64,000 nucleotides of DNA from the NCBI RefSeq assembly GCF_054482525.1, contig NZ_CM137006.1; one strand, 5' to 3'. The position numbers and the translations under genes are program-made. This document shows positions 1 to 9,175 of the stretch, piece after piece. The number at the start of each line of letters is the position of its first letter. Position 1 is the first letter of the stretch. The notes beneath the pieces are model-generated. The model ran no database searches. It was not told where the DNA came from and worked only from the letters and a program-made list of their open reading frames with translations.

Positions 1-96
1 TTTCCCGTTCGTTAACAAACAAGTGCGCCATCTCATATCCGCTCCTTGCGGAGGCTTACGTCTGCATGTCAGTTACTCATTAAAGGAATATCAGAA

Positions 97-630
97 ATGA
101 ACAATTCACCCTTACTCAACCATTACCAGGCCTGGCTGGATGATTTTACCCGCGTCAGTCTGTTCCACGGTTTATGCCAGAAGCACATCTCGCAGTGGCA
201 CAGGCTGGCGATAACCGCCTGCCCGATGCCAGGCAGTAGCGTAACAGAAGTCGTCATTCCACAGTGTCTGCTGCCGGTTACCCGCACCAGTCGACTGGGA
301 TCATGTACTGTCGCCCCCGGTCTGACTAAACACATCGATTATGCCCTTCTGCCCGGTGTGCTGCTCAGCGAATGTTATCGACTGGGGAAAAGTCGGCTGG
401 CAGACCAGTTACAGATGTTATTCCGGCTTAATGTACAGTCCGGTATGCGCCAGGCGCTGATCCTGCTGTGCTGGTGTGAGCTGGCAACAGGTAAGGATAT
501 GGAGGAATGGTATGCGCTGCATCTGCCACTGCCTGACACGCTGACGCAATGGTTGGCAGTAAAACAGCGGGCATACCGGGGACTGAAGACGCTGACTGAC
601 GGTTACATTCGTGCCACCCAGCCGATGTGA
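97..630 (+). CDS. hypothetical protein (island cargo, no domain recognised)
   Basis: Long ORF in six-frame track (46..630); ATG at 97 preceded by aggaa is the likely start. No motif recognised by eye. Confidence 0.35.
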   Translation: MNNSPLLNHYQAWLDDFTRVSLFHGLCQKHISQWHRLAITACPMPGSSVTEVVIPQCLLPVTRTSRLGSCTVAPGLTKHIDYALLPGVLLSECYRLGKSRLADQLQMLFRLNVQSGMRQALILLCWCELATGKDMEEWYALHLPLPDTLTQWLAVKQRAYRGLKTLTDGYIRATQPM

Positions 631-640
631 GGGACGGATA

Positions 641-1024
641 ATGCTGATACCAAAATGCTATATTGCACAGCGTAAAACCGGTGAGATTTTCGCTGTCAGC
701 CAACTGAATTCAGGCGATGAAGAGTGGTTCTGCCATCACTGCCAGTGCCCGTTGATTTTCCATTCCCCCACCATAACGTCACCGCCCTGGTTCGAACACG
801 ACATACTTCAGGGACAACCAGAAGCACTGTTGCAATGCCCCTATCTGGCCCCCGTCAATGCAAAGCCTTCAGCGGTGGCTAAGCTACAGCGCCTTCTGGC
901 ACAACTCCCACCGGTCATCACGACCACACAATGGCAATGTACCATGTGCGGCCTGTCATATTGCGGCGAGAAGTGCTGCCCTCAATGTAGAAAAGGGATA
1001 TATAGTCGGGAGATACGAATTTAG
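641..1024 (+). CDS. hypothetical Cys-rich protein (several CxxC-type pairs, possible zinc-binding)
   Basis: ORF 611..1024; ATG at 641 after gagggacgg. Translation contains CHHCQC, CTMC, CGEKCCPQC clusters. Confidence 0.35.
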   Translation: MLIPKCYIAQRKTGEIFAVSQLNSGDEEWFCHHCQCPLIFHSPTITSPPWFEHDILQGQPEALLQCPYLAPVNAKPSAVAKLQRLLAQLPPVITTTQWQCTMCGLSYCGEKCCPQCRKGIYSREIRI

Positions 1025-1351
1025 TGATACGTACCAGGCAATCATGGGATTGATTGGTACACCAGAAAGTTATTATATGGGGGCATATAACTTCGGAGTA
1101 AAAATCAATCACTTTCTATCATCCGGCCCCTGGTGCTTGTGGATTCGTAATTCATAAACCATGACGGGTTGGTAATATTAATTAACCAACTGATATATAA
1201 ACAATATTATCTCATTGTCACGCTCATATACGGTTACTCATACACGACAGCCTTAATTGCTGGCATCACCCTTTAAATCCTTAATCCCTTTAACAGCCCA
1301 TTGCGGGTAAGGCTTTGCCCTGCCCGTAATTTATTACCCAAGGAAAATTAT

Positions 1352-1963
1352 ATGTTTGACAATATCTGTCTCGATAGACGGCATGCACCATTCAACACCA
1401 CTTACCTACAGCGTATTCTACGCGTTATAGATAACGCGACTGCAGAGCATGCACGGACGATGGCAGTTCGGGTAGACCTGCGTCTTCCTGACAATATGCT
1501 CATTAACCGACAGGGCCTGATATCTCGTTTCATTGAATCCCTTGATGCAAAGATTGCAGCGCGCTACAGAAGTAAGTTGAAGCAGGGTAAACGAACATAT
1601 CCATGCCACCTTCGCGATGCCTGGGTTCGGGAGGTGGGTGAGATTAATCAGAAATCGCATTACCACATGGTGTTGTTCGTGAATAACGATACATTCAATG
1701 GGCTGGGGAGTTACAAAGAAGATGGGACGGGCCTGGCGTCCTTGATACGAGAGGCCTGGCTGAGTGCTTTACAGCTTAGTCACCGCCCAGAGCACTGGAC
1801 GCTAGCCCACTATCCCGATAATCCACTTTATTTTCTGGATATTAATTCCGCTGGCTACAAAGAGTCTTATGACCAACTGACGTTTCGGTTAAGTTATTTT
1901 GCGAAGGAACGCACCAAAGATTACAACAGGGAGGAACGTTCATTCGGATGTAGCCAGGGCTGA
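1352..1963 (+). CDS. YagK/YfjJ-family protein (inovirus Gp2-like domain common in CP4-type islands)
   Basis: ORF 1301..1963; ATG at 1352 after aaggaaaa. Translation (MFDNICLDRRHAPFNTTYLQRIL...) resembles YagK/YfjJ proteins as I recall them. Confidence 0.55.
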   Translation: MFDNICLDRRHAPFNTTYLQRILRVIDNATAEHARTMAVRVDLRLPDNMLINRQGLISRFIESLDAKIAARYRSKLKQGKRTYPCHLRDAWVREVGEINQKSHYHMVLFVNNDTFNGLGSYKEDGTGLASLIREAWLSALQLSHRPEHWTLAHYPDNPLYFLDINSAGYKESYDQLTFRLSYFAKERTKDYNREERSFGCSQG

Positions 1964-2753
1964 ATTCGGTACATCGTTTTGCTGGTGGCACTATATTTGC
2001 GCCACAACGCCATAGTGTGTCAACCACACCGCTATTCCCCTCACAATACCGTTAAACCATTCAACCACATGGCGTCAGTCTGCCCATCAAGGGCGGCTTA
2101 CACCTGCTTGCAGAAGTCGGATTATATTTGACGCCAACGACGGTAATAGTCGTTTGACGAGCGCCAGAACGGTACAGAAAGATATATAGTATCGTAGGCA
2201 GGCTTGATACCCCTGTTATCGTGCAGTCTTGGCACTGCGCTTGGTTCGGATACCATTACTAGGGCAAAAAGCACTGTGTGGTCTGTGGTATCGGGAAATA
2301 TAGCACGGAAGAATCAAACTGGCTGATGAATGACACCAGAGCGCCTGCGTGAGGTCCACCGTATTTCCTCCAACCAACACAGAGAAAAAATCATAATGAG
2401 CTACCACCAGTTAATCATCACAAATACAAAGTCGGCGGACAGTGCACGCATTCACCACGTATTACAGCAACCCGGATGGTTTCGAAATACAATTGGCAGC
2501 GTTGAAAGAGGTTGCATTGCAAATGGTTTTTTCAGTGATGACTGCCTGCAGTGACCTGTTTAAATGATCACTGTCACGTTATCTGGATTGCGCAGTTGCT
2601 TGGGTTGCAGTATGTCTCATCTTAGACTGTGTTGATGTTATTGTTGAGATCAGCACTCCGGCAGATGGCCAAATTCAGTAAACCACTTCAAAAGGCACAT
2701 TTATGCAACCTCATCAGCGGTGACCCGTAAAAATTGCAAATTAAGGAGCAATA

Positions 2754-4853
2754 ATGAACCGAGAGCAAGCCCAACAACTGCTGCAGACTGCTTTGGCTAA
2801 CCCTGCTGCTGAATTTCGTGATGGTCAGTGGGAAGCCATTGATGCATTGGTTAATCGTCGTCAGAAACTACTGGTTGTACAGCGTACCGGCTGGGGTAAG
2901 AGCTCGGTTTATTTTATTAGTACTAAAATCTTCCGTGACCGCGAGATGGGGCCTACGATTATTGTATCGCCACTGCTTGCATTAATGCGTAACCAGATTG
3001 ATTCAGCGCAGCGTTTGGGAATAGTTGCCGAAACAATGAATTCGGCTAATAGGGAGGATTGGCAGGCTGTAACTCAACGAATTCTCAATAACCAAATAGA
3101 CTGTTTGCTCATTTCCCCAGAGCGGCTAGCAAATGATACCTTTATTGAGACGGTCCTTCAGCCCATTGCCGATCGAATCGCCCTAATGGTAATTGACGAA
3201 GCACACTGTATTTCAGATTGGGGTCATGATTTTCGTCCTGATTATCGCCGTATCGTAAATATCCTTCGTCAATTGCCCGCCAACACCCCAGTACTAGGTA
3301 CGACTGCAACTGCCAATAACCGAGTTGTTGACGATATCCAAGCCCAGCTTGGGGATATACAAATCCACCGAGGTCCTCTTACTCGCGAAAGCCTCGCTCT
3401 GCATACAATGTCTTTACCCGATCAGGCATCTCGTTTAGCTTGGCTCGCCCAAGTTATTCCGATGCTACATGGAACAGGCATTATTTACGCATTAACAGTT
3501 CGTGATGCCGAGCAGGTGGCAGAATGGTTGAGCATGCACGGTATAGTTGCCATGGCATACCACGGTAGCATCGAGGCTGAAGGTTTTGAGAACAGCAATG
3601 CTTACCGTCAGTACTTAGAAGAATTGTTACTTAACAACCAGCTTAAGGTTTTAGTAGCAACGACCGCGTTGGGTATGGGTTATGATAAACCTGATTTAAG
3701 TTTTGTAATCCATTACCAAGCTCCGAGTTCAATTGTTGCATACTACCAGCAGGTGGGTCGGGCTGGGCGCGGTATTGCTCATGCAACAGGTGTACTGATG
3801 TCGGGGATAGAAGATAACGACATCCATGATTTTTTCCGTGATTCTGCATTTCCATCGGAGGATCAAGTTAACGATATTCTTCGAGTGTTGGAAAATAATG
3901 ATGGTCTATCACTCCGCAACATCGAGGAAAAAACTAACCTACGCCACGGCCAGATTGAGAAAGTACTTAAGTTACTGAGTGTAGAAAATCCAGCCCCCAT
4001 CATTAAAAATGAAAATCGTTGGGTTAGGACCACAGTTCGCTATCAAATGGATCATGCCCGAATTGCTCATTTGACAGGACAACGTATTCAGGAATGGGAA
4101 GAGGTTCAAGCGTACCTTACCGACACTGGATGCAAAATGGCATTTCTACGTCGTTCTCTGGACGATCTCGACCCAACTCCATGTGGTAAATGCTCGTCCT
4201 GTATTGGTCAACCAATTATAAATCAAATCATTGACCCTGCTTTGGTACATCGTGCAGGGACTTTCCTAAAACATGCAGAAATGCCGATTACTCCAAAAGC
4301 TCAGGTAGCAGCTAATGCTTTTTTGCAATATGGCTTCAGCGGCAATTTGCCACAGCAGATTAGAGCACAAGAAGGTCGAGTGTTGTCTCGCTGGGGAGAT
4401 GCTGGTTGGGGACGGTTAGTAGCCGATAATAAACGTGCAGATCACTTTGATGATGAGCTAGTGGTTGCTATGGCCGAGATGATTCAGCAGCGTTGGCAAC
4501 CGAATCCAGCGCCACAATGGGTATGCTGTGTACCTTCACGCAATCATGTACAATTAGTCCCTGATTTCGCTCGCCGCTTGGCGGCATGTTTGAGGTTGCC
4601 TTTTTTCAATGCCATCAGCAAGGTTAGAGATAACCAACCTCAAAAGGGGCAACAAAACCGTTTCCATCAATGCCGCAATCTGGACGGTGCTTTTGAGATA
4701 AATCAACCTCTACCTAACACACCGGTTCTACTTGTAGATGACATTGTAGATTCAGGCTGGACGTTAACTGTCATCGCAGCACTCCTACAACGCGCAGGTA
4801 GTGGTAAAGTATACCCTGTTGCACTTGCTTCATCTTCGGTAAAAGACTCATGA
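2754..4853 (+). CDS. RecQ-family helicase fused to a C-terminal phosphoribosyltransferase-like (ComF-like) domain; ShosT-like candidate
   Basis: 699 aa ORF. N-terminal RecQ motifs (FRDGQWEAI, TGWGKSSVY Walker A, DEAHCISDWGHDFRPDY); C-terminus has a PRTase-type motif (VLLVDDIVDSGWT). RBS aaggag upstream. Confidence 0.75.
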   Translation: MNREQAQQLLQTALANPAAEFRDGQWEAIDALVNRRQKLLVVQRTGWGKSSVYFISTKIFRDREMGPTIIVSPLLALMRNQIDSAQRLGIVAETMNSANREDWQAVTQRILNNQIDCLLISPERLANDTFIETVLQPIADRIALMVIDEAHCISDWGHDFRPDYRRIVNILRQLPANTPVLGTTATANNRVVDDIQAQLGDIQIHRGPLTRESLALHTMSLPDQASRLAWLAQVIPMLHGTGIIYALTVRDAEQVAEWLSMHGIVAMAYHGSIEAEGFENSNAYRQYLEELLLNNQLKVLVATTALGMGYDKPDLSFVIHYQAPSSIVAYYQQVGRAGRGIAHATGVLMSGIEDNDIHDFFRDSAFPSEDQVNDILRVLENNDGLSLRNIEEKTNLRHGQIEKVLKLLSVENPAPIIKNENRWVRTTVRYQMDHARIAHLTGQRIQEWEEVQAYLTDTGCKMAFLRRSLDDLDPTPCGKCSSCIGQPIINQIIDPALVHRAGTFLKHAEMPITPKAQVAANAFLQYGFSGNLPQQIRAQEGRVLSRWGDAGWGRLVADNKRADHFDDELVVAMAEMIQQRWQPNPAPQWVCCVPSRNHVQLVPDFARRLAACLRLPFFNAISKVRDNQPQKGQQNRFHQCRNLDGAFEINQPLPNTPVLLVDDIVDSGWTLTVIAALLQRAGSGKVYPVALASSSVKDS

Positions 4854-6175
4854 ATGTATCTAACTTATTGTCAAAAACAGCCCAGGCGACCTTACTTCTG
4901 ACTAGTTATTTTTCTAAAGCAACTAGCGAAAACGCCAAACCACTTTCCAACGCCGAATGGGGACGTTTTGCGCTATGGTTGAAAGAAAAAGCAGTTACGC
5001 CAGCTGACTTGTTGGACTCTGATCCTCAAACCTTACTGAATGGCTGGTACGACTCCCGTATCAGTACGGATCGGATCATTGAGTTGATGAATCGAGGACA
5101 TAGCCTCGCTTTGGCTATGGAGAAATGGCAACGGGCAGGCTTGTGGGTAGTGACACGTTCTGATCCAGAATATCCATGGAGATTAAAACATCGGCTTAAA
5201 ACAGACTCTCCCCCTGTTTTATTTGGCTGTGGCAATAAAGCCTTATTAAATAGAGGGGGATTGGCTGTCATTGGTTCTCGAAATGCCAATGCATCAGACC
5301 TTACTTTTACTGATCACATCGGCGTTAAAGCTGCGGACGAAAATATAGCTGTTGTATCTGGTGCTGCACGTGGAGTAGACGAAACAGCCATGTTAGGTGC
5401 AATGAGGCAAGGTGGAGTTGTAATCGGGATTTTGGCAGATAGCCTGTTAAAAGCTGCGACTAGTGCCAAATGGCGCAAGGGGCTTATGAATGACCATGTT
5501 GTGCTAATATCCCCTTTTTACCCTGAGGCTGGTTTCTATGCGGGAAATGCCATGGCTCGCAATAAATATATCTATTGCTTGTCGGATAGTGCATTGGTTA
5601 TTCATTCTGGTCGAAAAGGTGGAACAATTAGTGGGGCAGAGGAAAATCTTAAGAAAGGATGGGTGCCACTATGGGTCAATCCAACAACCGATCTAGATTC
5701 AGCTAATGCTGACTTAGTGAGCAAAGGGGGACATTGGTTGCCAAGTGATAGTAATGGCCTATCCATCGAGAATTTGCTTAAAAATAATGACAGATCAAAA
5801 ATGCAGTTAAAAGCAGAGCCCCAAGATCTTTTTTCAGAATTGTCGCATCCAGAATTAATTATTGGATCTGCAGAGAAATCGTCAACTCAAGCTCTCGAAA
5901 AAGATTGGACTGCTACTATTAATGAAGAAACTCCCAACCTAATAACTACGGAAAAAAAATTAGAGGAAAAAGAGTTAGATGTAAATCCTATAGACTTTTA
6001 TCTGCTATTCAGGACAGAATTACAGCGATTGGCCGAACATCCAATTACAGTAGATAGGTTGACAGAAGTCACTGGGTTGAATAAATCGCAAGTGCTTGAT
6101 TGGTTGAAACGTGCTGAACAAGATGGTTTGGTAAAAAAACTAAACCGTCCTACAAGATATCAATTAAATGAGTAG
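4850..6175 (+). CDS. DprA/Smf-like Rossmann-fold protein; ShosA-like candidate
   Basis: 441 aa ORF whose ATG overlaps the upstream stop (ATGA). DprA-type motifs: LAVIGSRNAN, VVSGAARGVDETAMLGA, ARNKYIYCLSDSALVIHSG. Confidence 0.7.
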   Translation: MNVSNLLSKTAQATLLLTSYFSKATSENAKPLSNAEWGRFALWLKEKAVTPADLLDSDPQTLLNGWYDSRISTDRIIELMNRGHSLALAMEKWQRAGLWVVTRSDPEYPWRLKHRLKTDSPPVLFGCGNKALLNRGGLAVIGSRNANASDLTFTDHIGVKAADENIAVVSGAARGVDETAMLGAMRQGGVVIGILADSLLKAATSAKWRKGLMNDHVVLISPFYPEAGFYAGNAMARNKYIYCLSDSALVIHSGRKGGTISGAEENLKKGWVPLWVNPTTDLDSANADLVSKGGHWLPSDSNGLSIENLLKNNDRSKMQLKAEPQDLFSELSHPELIIGSAEKSSTQALEKDWTATINEETPNLITTEKKLEEKELDVNPIDFYLLFRTELQRLAEHPITVDRLTEVTGLNKSQVLDWLKRAEQDGLVKKLNRPTRYQLNE

Positions 6176-6271
6176 TAACAGGCTTTAATGAAGCAACTAT
6201 AACCGGTTTGGCCTTAATGATTTTTAGTTAAGCTTGGGCATATAAAAGTTTAGAATTGATATAATGGTATT

Positions 6272-6302
6272 CAATTACATTAGTGTTGAGCTAATGTAAT
6301 TG
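6272..6302. terminator. hairpin between convergent genes (12-bp stem caattacattag / ctaatgtaattg, 7-nt loop)
   Basis: Inverted repeat read directly in the gap between the DprA-like gene end (6175) and the RelA/SpoT-like gene end (6357). Confidence 0.45.
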
Positions 6303-6356
6303 ATCCTGATTTAAATATCATCTATCAGAATTGAACAATTTTACATAGTTTATACT

Positions 6357-7346
6357 TTATGTCTTTCTTTCAAGTGCAACTCCTAGATCCGCTGCCATTT
6401 TTTGGATTAGCCTCCAATCTAGCGGCCATTCTTTTTCTAAAGTAGATCTCCGTCTTTTGATTAACCAGTAAACGAAAATAACAACGCTTTGTTCAAAGAA
6501 ACTACTCCCTTCTTTGCCATCCTGAATTAGTAGTTCGAGCTCAGGAGTCTCTTCTATAAATTGATGTAATCTTTCTATCGTATCGGGTTTGATCACTTCT
6601 TTAAATGTATCTAGAATTAATAAAGTCGATTTTTGATTGTTTGGTTTATTCTTTGTTAAAGCTATGTAGATATTATCTAAAGTTCGCTGAATTCCTGCGT
6701 AACCATCAGATGCTGCGTTAATTGCTTTCGATACTGAACAGAAAAAATCATCCGTAGTTTCTATTAACGCCATGCTTTTTGCTACAGTTCTATGTATATC
6801 TGGTTCAACTATAGTTTTTGCTTTATATATGGCATCATGAGTTAACTCGGCATAGGCATGTTGTAATAAAGATCTAACCTGTATCTCACATGGAATGCCT
6901 TGTTCAATGATAACTCCATTATAATCAAAGGATTCTTTTGCAGTTACTATAAAATGTACGGATTGATACGTGAAAATTAATGGTGTATTTAATCTTTCTT
7001 CTTCGTAGTGTCTTGATGTCTTATAATGCCATTTATTACTACTTTTTATTATTTCACATATTTCATCTATATCTGAAGTAAGTAAAACGACAAACCTGAT
7101 GCCAACTTTATCTTCAATCTCTTGGTAGGGGTTTTTGTATGATTTTTCTTTTCGATGAAAAGCTTTATCGATTAGAGATGTCTTTTCTTTTATTCTCGGT
7201 GTCGCAGGTTGCTTGAGAAAGCTATTGAGGTCCCGCTCTTTATTTTCTGAGAGTTCTTTGCAAATATTTGAGACGACAAAATCTCCCCATGCTTTATACA
7301 TGGGTAGTTCTTTTTCCCAAAGTTGCGAAAACTCTAATTCATTCAT
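6357..7346 (-). CDS. RelA/SpoT-domain nucleotidyltransferase (alarmone-synthetase-like, stand-alone)
   Basis: 329 aa ORF. Synthetase-domain motifs GIRFVVLL, YQSVHFIV, EIQVRSLLQHAYAELTHD; no hydrolase or TGS/ACT region seen. Start ATG 8 nt after upstream stop. Confidence 0.65.
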   Translation of the reverse strand: MNELEFSQLWEKELPMYKAWGDFVVSNICKELSENKERDLNSFLKQPATPRIKEKTSLIDKAFHRKEKSYKNPYQEIEDKVGIRFVVLLTSDIDEICEIIKSSNKWHYKTSRHYEEERLNTPLIFTYQSVHFIVTAKESFDYNGVIIEQGIPCEIQVRSLLQHAYAELTHDAIYKAKTIVEPDIHRTVAKSMALIETTDDFFCSVSKAINAASDGYAGIQRTLDNIYIALTKNKPNNQKSTLLILDTFKEVIKPDTIERLHQFIEETPELELLIQDGKEGSSFFEQSVVIFVYWLIKRRRSTLEKEWPLDWRLIQKMAADLGVALERKT

Positions 7347-7354
7347 TAATTAGC

Positions 7355-8446
7355 TCATTCCTGAAGGGTTATCTTGTCCTTGATGAGGATTGTTGTCCAC
7401 TCAGCAGGTTTACCATCTTTATCGAGTTCACCTATAGTAGATTCAATTACAATATGGCTTTTAAAAACTTCCGCAGGGGCTGTGATTTTTATATTTTTAC
7501 TAAAGTTAAGCTTTCTTGTTTTTAATTTGCTTTCAATATGCTCGTTGTCTCTTGTGAAAGAGGTTTGTGGTATACCAGATTCATGAGCATACTCAAGATA
7601 AAGATCCTTAATACTATCATCAAAAAATCTTTCAGCATAATCTTTAGCTGAAATTACATCCGATTTTTCATGTTTAAGATATGTAACTAATGCATTTTTA
7701 AGCACATTTTTCTTTTCCTCGCTGACATCCAATTCATTAAGAAATTCACTCGTTTTTTCATAGAAATTCTTTGTTGTGCGGGCACTTGTTTCTGGGTAAC
7801 CGCAACCTAAAAAATTTTGATAAAAATATTGTGCTGCAGCTTTACCATCCGACTTACTGATTTGATAGTCAGAAATCATCACATCCCAAGATTTATTAAG
7901 ATCAGTATTATCAAGAGAATTGGTTGATTGGAAAAAACCGGCAGTTTTATAAAGTTTTGTGGATGGTGTAAGTAATATTTCTTCAACGAATTTTAATGAT
8001 ATTTGGCCCGTTTTATCGTCGATTACTTTTTCATATGCACTATAAATATCAGCCTTGATAATTCCAATGAATTTTCTTTTATTTACACCATAGTCGCCAG
8101 AAAAGATTACTACAATTCCGCCTGGAATTGCTCGTCTTGTCTGCGCATCTGCCAGTTTATTAGCTATTGTGTAAGTCTCATCAATATAATCCTCTCCCTC
8201 TTTATCAATTAAAGTTGTAGCAATATAAGGAACATAATCTTTTCCATGCTCCTTTATTTGCATTTTTACGGCTTTAGAACCATCACCTAAAGCGTCGATT
8301 ACTCGTGATTTAAAACCTTGCAAGGCATCAGCATCAAATTTTATAAATGAAGAACCTCTTGTTGGTTCTATTTTGTTTCCTTCTTCGTCGCGCTGATGAA
8401 TTTGGTGGATAATTATTTTGTTAATATTCATTTTGCTGATATTCAT
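7355..8446 (-). CDS. NdpA/YejK-like (NA37 family) nucleoid-associated protein homologue
   Basis: 363 aa ORF. N-terminus IIIHQIHQRDEEG resembles the E. coli YejK IALHQLIKRDEQ region as I recall it. AT-rich. 17-nt gap to upstream gene. Confidence 0.55.
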   Translation of the reverse strand: MNISKMNINKIIIHQIHQRDEEGNKIEPTRGSSFIKFDADALQGFKSRVIDALGDGSKAVKMQIKEHGKDYVPYIATTLIDKEGEDYIDETYTIANKLADAQTRRAIPGGIVVIFSGDYGVNKRKFIGIIKADIYSAYEKVIDDKTGQISLKFVEEILLTPSTKLYKTAGFFQSTNSLDNTDLNKSWDVMISDYQISKSDGKAAAQYFYQNFLGCGYPETSARTTKNFYEKTSEFLNELDVSEEKKNVLKNALVTYLKHEKSDVISAKDYAERFFDDSIKDLYLEYAHESGIPQTSFTRDNEHIESKLKTRKLNFSKNIKITAPAEVFKSHIVIESTIGELDKDGKPAEWTTILIKDKITLQE

Positions 8447-8463
8447 TTCTGTGTAGTTCCATC

Positions 8464-8931
8464 TTATTGATTATCTGATTTTATATTTTTGCTTTCAATA
8501 TATTCTTTGTGAATATTATTCCATTCTTGACTGTCTTTTTCCCAAATAGATTTATATTCATCAAAAAGACTATCAATATCTGACTGGGTTACATCTTCTT
8601 TGGATTTTAAGTAATTAACTTTGTTTCTAAGTTGATACATGGCTAGCAAAGTAGCTTTTTGCCTAAACCATAATTTTTGATAATCAAATCTTGCAGTCCA
8701 CCCACTAACTAGAGTAAGACAGGCACTCACAATAAGAGCAGAATTTTTCTGTATTTTTTCATATCCAGATAAATCGAAGGCTAATATCAGTGTAGTAATA
8801 GTGCTCAAAAATATAGTCATGAAAAAAAATATTTTTAATTTTTTTTTATTCCATTTCGCCTTGCACTTTATTATGTTGATACTTTTATGGATTTCATCCA
8901 GTAAAAACTGTTGAGAAGATGTTATAGACAA
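8464..8931 (-). CDS. small membrane protein with two predicted transmembrane helices (SLATT-like topology, unverified)
   Basis: 155 aa ORF; hydrophobic stretches IFFFMTIFLSTITTLILAF and SALIVSACLTLVSGWTA. First codon is TTG; an internal ATG (MTIFL...) is an alternative start. Confidence 0.45.
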   Translation of the reverse strand: MSITSSQQFLLDEIHKSINIIKCKAKWNKKKLKIFFFMTIFLSTITTLILAFDLSGYEKIQKNSALIVSACLTLVSGWTARFDYQKLWFRQKATLLAMYQLRNKVNYLKSKEDVTQSDIDSLFDEYKSIWEKDSQEWNNIHKEYIESKNIKSDNQ

Positions 8932-8971
8932 TTATCTCACCTGAAATATTTTCACATTGGTAATAAAACTA

Positions 8972-9011
8972 CTCGCACTAACTGGTATGAGCTCATACCA
9001 GTTAGTGCGAG
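8972..9011. promoter_or_regulatory. perfect 40-bp palindrome (ctcgcactaactggtatgag / ctcataccagttagtgcgag) between integrase 3' end and the AT-rich operon
   Basis: Read directly; the two 20-nt arms are exact reverse complements centred on gagctc. A U-rich tract follows on the minus strand, so it may terminate the integrase transcript. Confidence 0.5.
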
Positions 9012-9175
9012 CATGGCTACCGCATTTGATGTGCTCAACAGCTTTGTATTGAGATACTTTTAACAATGTTGTATTTAACTAGCTGATACTATTAATTATA
9101 AATGAGAATCAGAGCAAAAACGAGCGGTAGGTAAGATATAGACCGAAAGCATATAAAACCATAAATATCAAATCA

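Noticed and set aside
2216-2554. Small ORFs (63 and 74 aa) upstream of the RecQ-like gene
   Set aside because: Short, overlapping, no RBS or motif support; more likely part of the promoter/leader region.
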